Assembly (NCBI RefSeq): GCF_044704955.1
Contig: NC_091990.1
Coordinates: forward strand, 156,612,001-156,676,000
Reading direction: 5' to 3'
Source: Pristiophorus japonicus
Taxonomy: Eukaryota
Length of the DNA: 64,000 nt
Below the pieces are notes generated by a model that was not told where the DNA came from, did no database searches, and saw only the letters and a list, made by a program, of their open reading frames with translations. Shown piece after piece: positions 37,267-50,459 of the stretch (position 1 is its first letter; each line of letters begins with the position of its first letter). A program made the position numbers and the translations under genes.

Positions 37267-38667
37267 GTGTTGTCACTAAGTAAAATTGTAGAAATACTGC
37301 AAGGTTTACAAAATGTCTGCAGTAAAGACAATACGGATTGAGAATGCAGCTCCCTGCCACCTCTTAATAAAATTGGAGGTGGAGGATTAAACTATTTAAC
37401 ACGTTTTATCAGTATAAAATAAATGACACTAGCTGCTATGTAAAGGGCTTGCCTGACAGTTCAACATGGTTCGATCTCAGAAGGGGGACGTTTTGAAACA
37501 TGGTGGATATTGCTACTTTCAGAAATTCGCCCAGCAACAAATCGCTTTCAAATTACAACTTTCTCTTTCTCAGGTAATTATCCAGGCTGGATCTTGTCGC
37601 AATGTTACGCAAACCATCTCGCTCCCCCCGCAACATCGACACTGATCACGTTCTTCTGCAGCTGAAGTGCATGACATTTTGCACGGCGGAGACGTTTGAT
37701 ATGCGATTGAATATATTGCTCATAATGAAATTGGGCCCGTTTTCTAGAGTGGGCTGGACGGGCGCTAGGAGCCAGTCGGCACAGTGCGTGACTCGGATTG
37801 AGATGAACTAGGGTTCAATCTCAGGGGATCTAATTATCAGGTTGGATGAAACCCCCTGTGTACCGCAATATTAGCAGGCACCATAGAAACAGATCTTCCA
37901 CAACCTGCTCCCCAACTCGGCTCTATATCTGACACAACATGCAGAATATTACCCGTCTCTCACAGCCCTCTGTTATTGCTTCAAAGAGCGTCAATCAGGA
38001 GTGGGATCTGTCTGAAAATCCTCTATTCAGTTAATTCATAAACTTGTCACGAAATTGATTGCTTAAACTACTACATTTGGCATAAAAAAATAAAATATTT
38101 AAAGCATGAAGAATGTGAATTTGGAAGATAAATTAAAATTAGTCCAATTGCCTAATATATTCTATTCTATTATATGATTACAACCGTTTTTTAAAGCTCG
38201 TGTGGATGAATTGAATTTGAATGAATCAGATATCGATTGTTTTCCCTCATAGTCCAACTCCAGTGTTGATGGTCCCCACATCAAGAATGCGCGGGAGGGT
38301 TTGTGAGATCCCGATTTCTATTTGCCAATAAGCTAAGTTAAAAATGTTAAAAAGTCAAATACCTTCTACGGTCAAAATTAGTTCGTTAAATAAGGATTAA
38401 AATTTGTCAAAAAAAGCACTCTGGGTGTATGTGTTGCAATTGTCGAGTTTCACTTAGTTTTCCATCATTCAGTAATGTAGCGTTTAGATTTAATGCCTTC
38501 TCCGTTCAAAATAATCTGCTTAGAATTCGAAATATTTAATTTATAAAATAAAAATCGAATGCATATTGTAACAATTTGCAGTCGGCTATTTTCCGTTTTT
38601 TTGCATTAATGGCGCCAGGTTTGCACATCAAATTGCTACGTTTTCTTTTCCACGTTAGGTATTTTAC

Positions 38668-38786
38668 CTGTTTGCTGCCAATCTAGACGCTATGTAACCT
38701 CCAGGGATCTGAGTGACGATATATCCCCAGAAAAAGGAACCGTGAATCATTCCCACAGTCTCGGGGTCCCAGTTAAACTTCGCTTT
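38668..38786 (-). CDS. SLC17A6: VGLUT2-like exon 3 ([40 protein letters not shown])
   Basis: Hand translation; polypyrimidine tract plus AG acceptor, GTAAAA donor; 119 nt. Confidence 0.95.
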
Positions 38787-39275
38787 CTTGAGGAAAAGGG
38801 GGAAAAAAGGGGGGGAAGAAGAAAGTGCAGGTCAAATTATATAATAATGAAACGGGAATTAATCTTTCAGATATATTTAGGAAACGAAGATAGTCATATG
38901 CACCCCAAATGATCGATCACGGGTTTTAACCTTCGGACTGCAGTTACTTAATGATGTGGGATCTGTTCACCGTAAGCCGGTAGCAGGGAAGGGTGAAGGA
39001 TACAGGGTGAAGAGCAAGGTTTGATCCCAGTTGGGCCTAGATATAATTCTTTTGGCATGTTCAAAGGGGTGTAGTTTTCGTAGAAGTAAAAGAAAAACAC
39101 AGGAATAATCAGACATTTCTCCAAGAATTATTTTACTTTTTTTTAGCCTTGGAACTAATTATCCAACATTTATCATACTAAATATAGAAGATTAAAGCGA
39201 GAGTTGTCATGCTGTAGGATTTAGCTGAATTGCACGGAGTGTTTAGAATCCAGAGTAACGGCGTGCCCTCCTCAC

Positions 39276-39528
39276 CTTCTTAATGATTGTATTTCCGTGG
39301 TGGGTGGTGCTGTTGTTGACCATGTCCACGATGGCCACGCCAAGATTACACCTGATCCCGAAGGAGATACAGAAGCCCAGTCCGCTCATGATGGCGATGA
39401 TGTACCTGCGAGGCAGGCCGAAGCAGGTACAGTCGCAGAGCGGCGGTTTCTTCGGCCGGACTTCCTGCACCCTTCCATCCTCGGTCAGCTCGATGTTTTC
39501 TCCAGGCTGTTGCCTCTTCTCCAGGACT
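39276..39528 (-). CDS. SLC17A6: VGLUT2-like exon 2 (VLEKRQ...[54 protein letters not shown])
   Basis: Within ORF 39243..39539; CAG acceptor, GTGAG donor; 253 nt; phase matches exon 1. Confidence 0.95.
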
Positions 39529-41326
39529 CTGCACCACAAAAATCACATTCAGTCAGGAGAAACATTTCAAGCCTTCACTGCTGCTCGCGTCTACCGAAAG
39601 GAGCTATTTGTGAAATTAAGAAACGGACATCTTTCTGTTGTGCTATCTTTGCGGTCTTAATGTTTGCAATTCGCAGTGCGGGTGCATTGATGTAGGATAG
39701 TGTACTTGTTTTGTTACTGTTAAATATTCGTAAAATATATCACATTAACCCGACAAGGACTAAGATGCATGCCCACAATATATTAGTGTAATGTTATATG
39801 GACACATAAGCCTAGAATACAAACTATATATAATTATCATTCGGATTTTTTTAGTTTTATAAACGCGCACCTAAAATAATATGTTTATGTGTATGCGGGT
39901 GTATTTTAGAGCGCACGATATATGTGCTTTTGTGAAGTTTATTTTTCAAGTAAACGCCTTACTTAAGTGTACAGTAAGTGTTTGTTGCATGATATAAATT
40001 CGCTAAAATGAAAACGACACTCATTGGTAAAAAGATAATCTGGAAGAACGTATATTTTGACTCAGTTTAATACCAATACAGAAATAATATTTGATCACTC
40101 TGGTCTAAATGTGGTTTTATTGTGGGGGCAATGTTAATAGTATTGGTAGAAAACAAGTAGCTAATATGTAACATAACGCGGAGAAATACCGAATGAAAAT
40201 GTTGATTTCCTAGGCTTCAAAAGCTGTTGCTGTGTTTGATCGCAACAATAGGTAGGGGCTTTAGCTCAACTAATATTACAACCATGTTTCAATATTAAAA
40301 AGTACAGTTCTTGTCGCTAACTTTACTAATTAGCCAAAATATAATCAACTGTGATTAAAAAATGTTAAACACCTATATATACAATTAGACAAAGAAGGTG
40401 ATGTTTGAGTGTGAAAAACTATACAGAGATTAACCTGACAATAATTGATTAGTACGTCAAGTAAAGCCTGAGGTTAAGACAAAGCATATTAAAAAGCATA
40501 TATTTACCAAACACAGTTTTTTGAACATCAAAGATGTCCAAGCCATTGCACTTTTCAATTAATCACGTAAATAAACTGAATTAACTTTACTTTTTAAAAC
40601 ATTGACTATTTACAACGCAAAGGTCTACATCAAAAATAATATTCGATTTGGAAACAAAAACGCTTGCATAATTGTTATTTTGATAGAAAGGCACAGTGAT
40701 GTATAAATTATTAAACAGGTCGACATGTACGTAGCGCTGTGGATTAATGCACAAAGACGCGCCAAATGCAAAAGCAGACATCTCGTCCGATATTAATTAT
40801 TTACACGTCCCACGGCTGATTCCTAAGGTGGAGATTACACTCAGGGGCTCCAGAACAGGAATGTAACACTAGAAGTCAATTTTTCAGACCAAAAGAAAAC
40901 TCGCGTTTACGATGGACTCTTAAATAACCCGTGAAAAATCCCACCAAAATGTTTCATTTCGCATTGTAGTAGGTCATAGTAAATATGACAGCAATCGTGA
41001 TTGAAAGGGACAAAAATGTAAGCAGCCATATTAAACTCACTGCACTCTGAGTCCTATTAGCTGAAAAAGCTAAATAGGTAAGTATGGGGGGAAAGGGGGA
41101 GCGAAAGAGGGTTGAGTGATAGAACATCACGTACATACATCTATGTGGCAAACATTTTTGATTATTCTACAGTCTTAATAATTTCATACATTTATTATCA
41201 ATATTTGCATTTAATAACGTTTCCAGAGATCATTTAGAAAACCCCTTTGTACAATGACATGCATCCCCGGGAATTTTAAACCCCTTTTATTAATCATACA
41301 TTGACAAATATTGTTAGGAGTCTTAC

Positions 41327-41412
41327 CTGTACAGGTGGCTAAGAGACTTCCCAGCAAAATTTTTGATCCCCTCCTTGCTCGGAGCAAAGACCCGTTCCTT
41401 AACAGTATCCAT
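41327..41412 (-). CDS. SLC17A6: Vesicular glutamate transporter 2-like, coding exon 1 ([29 protein letters not shown])
   Basis: ATG at 41412, GTAAGA donor after 41327; 86 nt. Matches the VGLUT2 N-terminus ([29 protein letters not shown], recalled) far better than VGLUT1. Not in the ORF track because it is short. Confidence 0.9.
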
Positions 41413-41699
41413 ACCCTCCAGAAGGTGCTCAGGTATACACTCTTACGAAAGTGTCATGCTAGAAATAATGACTGTTCATTAGAATTAATTTGGTAGAAGG
41501 ATCAAGTGCTCTCAAGCTGCAGAGGAGCGTACGACTCCTACATGGGAACTGATACGGTGCTGCGATTCGAAGTTCAAAGAGGAAATGAGAAAGTCTTATT
41601 TGGCTGCCCGCACCCAACCACTGAAGATTCAGAAACAGCCATGATGTTTAGGCAATCCTGCTTCAGAAATGTATTGTTCCTGTGCAAAAAAAATAAATC

Positions 41700-42120
41700 C
41701 TGTGCTGTAGCCTGTAAATCGCAGCTACTAAAGTCTATAAATATGCAGGACTTTTCCGTCGCCTGCAGAGGCAAAACAAAATTACCTGGCACAATCGATT
41801 GTTGGAGTAGTTTGCACGGGAAAGTGGCGGGCGGCGTGTTCAGCACCTTGGACAGTAACAGCGCGCAACTGAAGTGCGCTGCAACAAGCGGCTGTCGGTT
41901 AGATCGTCAATTTTCACTGGGATTTGACCGGATTTCAACAAATCCCTCACTGTCACCAGGCTCTTTCTTGGGTTGTGGGTGCTATGGAAACGACATCAGA
42001 GATTCGATCATCTCGCCACAGGTTTTCCGGCTGTATCGCTGCCTCACGGAGCTTGGAGTTTATTAAAAATTGACAAGTTTTCTTTCAATTCCCATGTGCT
42101 CTCCCCCCTGCTGACGTAAG
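41700..42120 (-). promoter_or_regulatory. Probable proximal promoter of the VGLUT gene
   Basis: CpG-retaining; TATA-like TATTTATA on the minus strand (41736-41743), GC-rich GGCGGGCGGCG (~41826), RE1, X-box-like GGTGCTATGGAAAC (41978-41991), CRE-like TGACGTAA (42112-42119). TSS not determinable from sequence. Confidence 0.5.
41839..41859 (+). promoter_or_regulatory. RE1/NRSE (REST binding site)
   Basis: TTCAGCACC-TT-GGACAG-TAAC: both canonical half-sites with the canonical 2-bp spacer, about 430 bp upstream of the ATG of a neuronal gene. Confidence 0.8.
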
Positions 42121-43897
42121 TCTCACCCCTGGCATTCATTCCTAGCCTTGAATGGATCTGGGTCCCAGGTTCCTCTTGTACTAAAGCTGTTGATTTATTG
42201 CATAGACACGAAGACTACAGCACACGTTCCTGGCCTCTTTATCCTTATATATATAACAAAAATCAGTAGTATCACATATTTTGCAAAGGGATGACTATCC
42301 TTACACAATGCAGCACGTTATACACAGTTCCTTAATTGAAATATTCGTTTTCAGATATTCAAAATTATCCCATTGAGACCAAAATACTGATTTGAATATG
42401 ACATTTAAAACAACAATTTCTAAGAACTTAAGATTTAAGCCCCCTTTTTAATTGCAAAAATATGACTTTGCATTCGAATGATTTTTTTAAGCAAAAATCG
42501 AAGACTTTAAATGCTATCATAAGATCAAACATGTTGCCGCACTAATTAACAGGGTGATATCGGTTGATTGAAGGCTAACTCTTTATGGTCCACGTCTCCG
42601 CCTGGTGGTCCACACTGACACTGCTCAGACTTAAGAAGACTGGGAAGAAATGCTATGATGGAATTAAATCGGAGCTGCCTTTTCTATCAGATTTTTAAGC
42701 AGATTTCGATATAATTCCACTTTTGACATATGAAAGAAAGGATTACATGATGCTTTTCATAAACACATTTTAACTCTAAAAACTGAAATTACAAACACAG
42801 TTATTGCATATTTGTATATTGATTCTTCTTCCGCAGATAAATAGTGTTACAACTGTTGTCATAATATTCTTTATTTTAATCCCAGAAATAGTGTGAACTC
42901 CGTACAGTAATGTGTGTAACATTCCAAGTTATATACCTGCAATACGCATAGTCATGAAGAACGTTATTTGACTTGGCTACAGTCAGTTCTATATTTCACC
43001 ACATGTCTAAGTAAAAATGAAATATTTACTTCTACATCGATTCTGACAGTTTGTCAATGTTGTTTAAGCAAAACATTTTTTGAAATAATTCTTAACCTTT
43101 TCGAACACCAGGGCTGAGCATGTAAACCGAAAGTATTGATTGAATCTCTACTGCAGCAAAAGTTTGAAGAAGTTTTGAAGTCCAAAAACATTCTAATAAT
43201 TACAGCCCTTTATGAATGATACATCTTTGGCAAGTCCTGTCAATAGGTAAGGTTGTTTGAAAATACACCATCCCATGTCCTTCTCCTCCTCCTTTCAAGA
43301 ACTAGAGGCCATAGTCTCAGAATAAGGGGTCGGCCATTTAGGACTGAGATGAGGAGAAACATCAGAGGGTGGTGAATCTCTGGAATTCTCTACCCCAGAG
43401 GGCTGTGGAGGCTCATGGCTAGACTTTCCATTATTGTGCAGATCACCCAAAAATGGGCGTTATTTCCAGCGTTAGCGTTTATTATGGATTTTGAGATTGC
43501 CGGATTATCACCCATTTTCAAACCCGCTAGTTTCCATTTTATAATTTGTGCGTTAGCAGGAGCAATGTGAAATGGGCGTTAGTGGGTTTTTTGTTTTGTC
43601 GTAAAATGTCGGTGTCCATAGCAACACCATAGCAATTGTCTTTTCCTGCATTTCAGGAGGTCAGGGGTCATCAACAGCAGAAGAGGAGAGAGAGAGAGAG
43701 AGCAGAGAGGAAGAGAAAGCTTGTGTGGGTTTTGTGACTATTGCTGTCTAGGTGTGTTTGGTTTGTTTGGTGACTATTGTAGGATTTCTTTGAAGAATAC
43801 TCATTACTGTTGCTAGTGAGTCCAGTGAGAGAGAATTTATTGAGACAGATATATAGAAATAGAATTTAAGACATATCTGTCAGAAAAATTGAAAAAA

Positions 43898-45660
43898 ATG
43901 GAGGGCATGGAGGAGGTGAGAGGTGGAGGAGGCTGGTGAGGACAATGATTTGGGTGAGGTTGGAGAGGAAGTGGAGATGGGAGGTAAGAAAAGAGCCAGG
44001 CAGTTCTCGGATGAGGCAAATGCTGCCCTCCTACAGGAGGTCGAGTTACGTTGGGCCCAATTGACCTTGGGTGGGCGTGGGAAGCCAACCCCGAAGGTAT
44101 ACCAGAAGATCTGGGCCGAAATTGCTGAGGTGGTGTCGTTGGTGACACATGAGGTCCGTGAGGGCAACCAGTGCCGCAAGCACTGGAACGACCGTGTCAG
44201 TTCTGGCAGAGTAAGTATTACATGTACTTATATATTTATATAATTGGAATTGTAAGTGTAATGAGGCAATAAATTCAGATCTGATGTATTGCAGTTAGAC
44301 CGGTAACGTTTTACTCAAATCCTACGTTTCCGGTGTACGTGTTTAGCTTAATAATGATAATGATAATAATAATCGTAATAATAATATTAGTAATATTAAA
44401 TTATAACATAGTAATGTGCTATATGTGTTATATCAGTATCTGTGACAGTACCTAGCAATGATCTTACACAATGATCTTATGCCATATCGTACTGTTGTCA
44501 CCTTTTGCAGAAGAAGCTTTCGAAGAATAGGGCTGAGCAGCGGCGATGGGTGGCGACCCACCAGTGATATGTGAGCTTACAGACATCGAGGAGCGGGCGC
44601 TAGCAGTAGGGGCATCCACAACCGGTCGGCCATTCGTGCAGCAGCAGAACCTGTTGTTATGCCACGTGAGTAAAGTATAAACCATTGTGTGATGTAAAGT
44701 CAATAGATGCCACACCCACTCATATCCGTATAATATATGATTGATGATTGATGAACGTGTTATGTAATTAATGATGAGTTCATGAAAATCATTGTAATGC
44801 AGATTTTGATTATGTTCATTAAATGTGATGTCTTTGATTATTTTTACAGCGGTAGTGCTGCTCTCGTGCATATGCTGTGTGTAGTGTTTGAATTCCCCTG
44901 TGACCCCAGCACCCTCTTCTCCTCTAATTACCTCATTTATGTTTTCTAGCTCAGCCAAGAGCGCAGTACCGAGGCAAGGTGCGGATCCGTTGGCAGCAGT
45001 GGATCGTGCTTCTGGTGTTGAGAAGCCCCGCATATTGCCCATTGAGCTGCAGGTTATCCTGTCCACTGAGGACAGTGAGTAGCTGGAGGAGGAGCCTGCA
45101 GCAGCAACAGCAAGAGCAACCACACCACTTATTGCAGTGTTACTGCGGCCATGTTTTCCTTGCCGTGGAGGTAGCGGGCCCAAGCACTTTGCCACAGGGC
45201 ATCCCAAATGTCTCCATGCCGGCGCCGACCCCACAGAGGATGGTTCGGCGCAGTAGGACTGCTCCACGATTGGTAGATCTCAGCGGGGACAAGGTAAATT
45301 TGTCCAGGAGGATTATTGAGATTGGTCATCAGCTCCTCCAGGCAATGGGGGGGTCTATCCGAACAGATGGCCACACTATCCGCAAATATGAACGAGAAAA
45401 TTACGCGGATAGCGGTAGCCCTGGAGGTGACAGCCAAGAACACTAGTGCCGCACCCCCATTGCCAATGACACATGCGAGCCAGGAGGAAGCTGTTGCTTC
45501 TAGCTTGGAGGATGTTTCCTCTATGGGAACGTCCTCTCCATTATCCGGTCAAACAGTGGATCTGCCGTCATCCATCCCAATGAAGCAGTGCTTGAGGAGC
45601 ACTGCGGCAAAGCGGCTTGGAGTCAGGAGGGGAAGGGGAAGGGGTGAAAAAGAAACTGAG
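43898..45660 (+). pseudogene. Harbinger Myb/SANT-like DNA-binding protein gene, three exons, frameshifted
   Basis: RARQFSDEANAALL...KIWAEIAEVV...REGNQCRKHWND; GTAAGT donor 44211, TTTTGCAG acceptor 44510 (KKLSKNRAEQRR), GTGAGT donor 44666, TTTTCTAG acceptor 44949. Confidence 0.8.
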
Positions 45661-45902
45661 GTGCATGGTTGCAGGTATGGATGGAGTTGGAGTTCTTACA
45701 CTATCTTGGACAAAACTTGTTTGTTGTTGCTGCTAGTTTTTCAATGTTGGGAGGGTTTGGGAAAGGGGGAGGGGGAGGGGTGCCTTATTGTATTTGTTGC
45801 ATTTGTATTTGCATTTGTGTTATTGGAAATGTTATAAATTTGTTGTGGGGTGGGGGTACTGTTGTGTTTTTTTGAGTAACAATAAATAATTAGAAATGTT
45901 AC

Positions 45903-48900
45903 TGTTATATATGTGGACTTGTATTTACTCTGTACAGCCATCAGAGGGAGACCCAAGGGATCCGATAATCACTTGGGAGCACAGGTATTTAAGGAGGCTT
46001 CACAGGTTGGAGAGGCACTCTGGAGACCTGCAATAAAAGACTAGGGCCACACTTTACTTTGAGCTCACAGGGTTCAGTCTGACTCTTTCTCCATACACAA
46101 CAACTGGCGACGAGATACAGATAGCGAACCCAAAGATGCAGAGAACAGTGGGCATTCTGGAGAAATTCTCGGAGGGAGATGATTGGGAAACTTTTGTGGA
46201 GCGACTCGACCAATACTTCGTGGCCAACGAGCTAGATGGGGAAGAGAGTGTTGCCAAATGAAGGGAGATCCTCCTCAGCGTCTGTGGGGCACCAACATAT
46301 GGCCTCATGAAGAATCTGCTCTTTCCAGTGAAACCCACGGAGAAATCATACGACGATTTGTGCACAGTGGTCCGAGAACATTTGAACCCGAAGGAAAGCG
46401 TTCTGATGGCAAGGTATCAGTTCTACACCTACAAAAGGTCTGAAGGCCAGGAAGTGGTGAGTTATGTCGCCGAGCTAAAAAGCCTTGCAGGACATTGCGA
46501 ATTTGAAGGACATTTGGAGCACATGCTCAGAGACTTTTTTGTACATGGCATTGGCCACGAAACCATACTTCGCAAACTTTTGACTGTAGAGAACCCAACC
46601 TTGAGTAAGGCCATAGCAAAAGCCCAGGTGTTCATTGCCATGAGTAACAATACGAAGCAAATCTCTCAGCACACAAGTGCTGCTACAAGTACTGTGAACA
46701 AAGTGATGTTGTTTTCGAATCGTAACGTACAGGGCAGGTCACACATACTTGCAGCTGCACGTCCACAGATGACTCAGAGTCCACCATCAAGGGTGATGAA
46801 TGCTGGGCCATTAACACCTTGTTGGCGCTGCGGGGTGATCATCATTTCCATTCATGCCGATTCAAAGAGTATGTTTGCAAGGACTGTGGAACAATGGGAC
46901 ACCTCCAACGAATGTGCAGGCAAGCTGCAAAGCCTGTTAAACCTGCAAACCACTATGTTGCAGAGGAGGACAGATCCATGGAGGATCACAATGAACCAGA
47001 GCCTCAGACCGAGGAGGCAGAGGTATATGGGGTGCACACATTCACCACGAATTGTCCCCCGATAATGCTGAATGTTGAACTAAATGGACTCCCGGTGTCA
47101 ATGGAGCTGGACACAGGCAAGAGCCAGTCCATCATGGGCAAAAAGATTTTCGAAAGGTTGTGGTGCAACAAGGCCTCAAGGCCAGTCTTAACTCCAGTTC
47201 ACATGAAACTAAGAATTTACACGAAAGAACTGATTCCTGTAATCGGCAGTGCTACCATAAAGATCACCTACAATGGAGCGGTGCACAAGCTACCACTTTG
47301 GGTGGTACCGGGCGATGGTTCCACACTGCTCGGCAGGAGCTGGCTGGGAAAGATACGCTGGAACTGGGACAACGTCCGACGCTATCACCCACTGATGACA
47401 CTTCGTGTGCCCAGGTCTTAAACAAATTTCCTTCACTGTTCGAACCAGGCATCGGGAAATTCTAAGGAGCAAAAGTGCAGATCCACCTAATTCCGAGGGG
47501 GTGACCCATCCATAACAAGGCGAGAGCAGTACCGTAAATGATGAGAGAAAGGGTAGAGATCGAGCTAGACCAGCTGCAACGAGGGGGCATCATTTCACCG
47601 ATAGAGTTCAACGAGTGGGCCAGTCCTATTGTCCCAGTCCTCAAGGGAGACAGCACCGTTAGAGTCTGTGGCGATTACAAAGTAACTATCAATCGTTTCT
47701 CCCTGCCAGACCAATACCCACTACCAAAGGCTGACGACCTCTTTGCAATGCTGGCGGGTGGAAAGACATTCATGAAGCTGGATCTGACTTCAGCCTACAT
47801 GATGCAGGAACTGAAGGAATCATCGAAGGCCCTCACCTGCATCAACACGCACATAGGTCTTTTTGTTTATAACAGATGCCTATTTGCAATCGGATCAGCG
47901 GCGGCGATATTCCAGAGAAACATGGAAAATTTACTGATGTCGGTCCTGCATACCGTGGTCTTCCAGCATGATATCTTGGTCACAGTTCGGAACACAGTCG
48001 AGCACCTGCAGAACCTGGAGGAGGTTGTTAGTCTACTCAACCGCTTGGGGCTCAGGTTAAAATGCTTGAAGTGCGTTTTCCTGGCGCCTGAAGTGTAGTT
48101 CTTGGGAAGGAGGATTGCAGCGGACGGCATCAGGCCCACCAACGCGAAGACGGAGGCAATCGAGAACGCACCGAGGCCACAGAACGTGATGGAGCTGCGG
48201 TCATTCCTAGGACTCTTGAACTACTTTGGTAACTTCTTACCGGGTCTCAGCACCCTGCTAGAACCACTACATGACTTATTATGAAAAGGGGGCGAATGGT
48301 TTTGGGGCAAAAGCCAAGAAAATGCCTTTGTAAAAGCGAGAAAATTGTTACGCTCAAACAAATTGCTTGTGTTGTATAATCCATGTAAGCGTTTGGTACT
48401 AGCATGTGATGCGTCGTCATATGGCATCGGGTGTGTATTGCAACAAGCTTATGATTTTGGCAAACTGCAACCGGTTGTTTATGCATCCAGGAGTCTGTCT
48501 AAGGCTGAGAGAGCCTACAGCATGATTGAAAAAGAAGCATTAGCGTGTGTCTATGGGGTAAACAGAATGCATCAATACTGTTTGGGCTAAAATTCGATTT
48601 GGAAACTGACCATAAGCCACTTATATCCCTGTTTTCCGAGAGTAAAGGGATAAATACCAATGCATCAGCCCGCATCCAGAGATGGGCGCTCATGTTGTCC
48701 GCATAAAACTATGCCATCCGCCACAGGCCAGGCACAGAAAACTGTGCCGATGCTCTCAGTAGGCTGCCATTGCCTAGCACGGGGGTGGAAATGGAGCAGC
48801 CCACAGATCTAGCCATAGTTATGGAAGCATTTGAGAATGAGCAATCACCCGTCACTGCCCGGCAGATCAAAACCTGGACAAGCCAAGGCCCCTTATTATC

Positions 48901-50459
48901 GCTAGTCAAAAGCTGCATGCTTCACGGGAGCTGGTCCAGTATCCCAGTGGAAATGCAGGAAGAGATAAAGCCATCCAGCGGCGCAAAGATGAAATGTCTA
49001 TACAGACAGACTGCCTTCTGTGGGGCAATCGAGTAGTGATCCCCAAGAAGGGCAGCAACACCTTCATCAATTACCTCCACAGTACCCACCCAGGCATCGT
49101 AATGATGAAAGCGATAGCCAGATCCCACGTGTGGTGGCCCAGTATTGATGCGAACTTAGAGTCCTGCGTTCACAGATGTAATACATGCTCGCAGTTAAGC
49201 AATGTACCCAGGGAGGCGCCGCTAAGTTTATGGTCTTGGCCCTCCAATCCGTGGTCTAGGGTACACGTCGACTATGTAGGCCCGTTCTTGGGTAAAATGT
49301 TCCTTGTGGTTGTCGACGTGTACTCCAAGTGGATTGAATGTGAGATAGCACGACTGCTGCCACTACTGAAAGCCCGCGGGCCATGTTTGCCACACACGGC
49401 TTACCCGATGTCCTGGTGAGTGACAACGGGCCATGTTTTACCAGTGCTGAGTTCAAAGAATTCATGACCCGTAACGGGATCAAACATGTCACATCTGCCC
49501 TGTTTAAACCAGCGTCCAATGGTCAGGCAGAGAGAGCAGTGCAAACCATCAAGCAAGGCTTGAAGAGGATAACTGAAGGCTCATTGCAGACTCGCCTATC
49601 CCGAGTCCTGCTTAGCTACCGCATGAGACCCCACTTACTCACTGGGATCCCACCTGCTGAACTGTTCATGAAAAGAGCACTTAAGACAAGGCTCTCCTTA
49701 GTTCACCCCAATCTACATGAACAGGTAAAGAGCAGGCGGCTTCAACAAAGTGCATACCATGATAGCGCAAATGAGTCACGCGAGATTGAAATCAATGATC
49801 CTGTATTTGTATTAAATTATGGACAAGGTCCCAAATGGCATCCCGGCACTGTCATGGACAAGGAGGGGAGCAGGGTGTTTCGGGTCAAACTTTCAAATGG
49901 ACTCATTCATCGGAAACACTTGGACCAAATCAAACTCAGATTCACAGACTCAGATTATCCTGAGCAACCCACCTTGGACCCTACCTTTTTTGATCCCCCA
50001 ACGTACACACCAGTGGCAACCGGCACCACGGTTGACCACGAAGCAGAACTCATCATCCACAGCAGTCCAGCAGGGCCCAACACACCAGGCAGCCCAGCAA
50101 GGCCAGCTGCACAGCAGCCCAGCGAGGGCCCAACAAATGATTCAACAACACCAGCTTTCACACCGAGACGATCAACCAGGGCAAGAAGGGCCCCAGATTG
50201 ACTCACATTGTAAATAGTTACACTATTGACTTTGGAGGGGGCAGTGTTGTTATATATGTGGACTTGTATTTACTCTGTACAGCCACCAGAGGGCTCATCC
50301 CCTGGAGTCCCAAGGGATCCCATAATCCCTTGGGAGCACAGATATTTAAGGAGGCTTCACAGGTTGGAGAGGCACTCTGGAGACCTGCAATAAAAGACTA
50401 AGATCGCACTTTATTTTGAGCTCACAGTGTTCAGTCTGACTCTTTCTCCATACACAACA
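45903..50459 (+). mobile_element. Ty3/Gypsy LTR retrotransposon (Mag-like), full length, decayed
   Basis: LTRs 45903-46102 and 50248-50459 (TG...CA); 5-bp TSD GTTAC; PBS TGGCGACGAG (46105-46114); PPT GGAGGGGGCAG; gag-PR-RT-RH-IN order. Confidence 0.95.
46136..50201 (+). pseudogene. Gypsy gag-pol with multiple stops and frameshifts
   Basis: Two zinc knuckles (CWRC..HHFHSC, CKDCGTMGHLQRMC), protease LDTG, RT FQHD (YxDD broken), RNase H CDASSYG, integrase HHCC, VDY, SDNG, NGQAER. Confidence 0.9.

Noticed and set aside
37799-37823. Hairpin TGAGATGAAC-TAGG-GTTCAATCTCA with a B-box-like GGTTCAATC
   Set aside because: No cloverleaf, convincing A box or terminator; not supportable as a tRNA or ncRNA.
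27300-38600. Nested protein-coding gene in intron 3
   Set aside because: None of the short ORFs resembles a known protein or forms a consistent exon chain.
38787-39275. Possible cassette exon in intron 2, like the retinal VGLUT1 variant
   Set aside because: No candidate with a polypyrimidine acceptor and good donor was found.
41506-42066. 186-aa plus-strand ORF over the promoter
   Set aside because: Non-ATG start, no recognisable protein family, overlaps regulatory motifs; probably chance.
42594-42610. CTCF-like CCACCAGGCGGAG on the minus strand
   Set aside because: Two mismatches in the core; too weak without ChIP or conservation data.
44464-45267. 267-aa minus-strand ORF
   Set aside because: Antisense shadow of the Harbinger Myb-like gene, crossing its intron.
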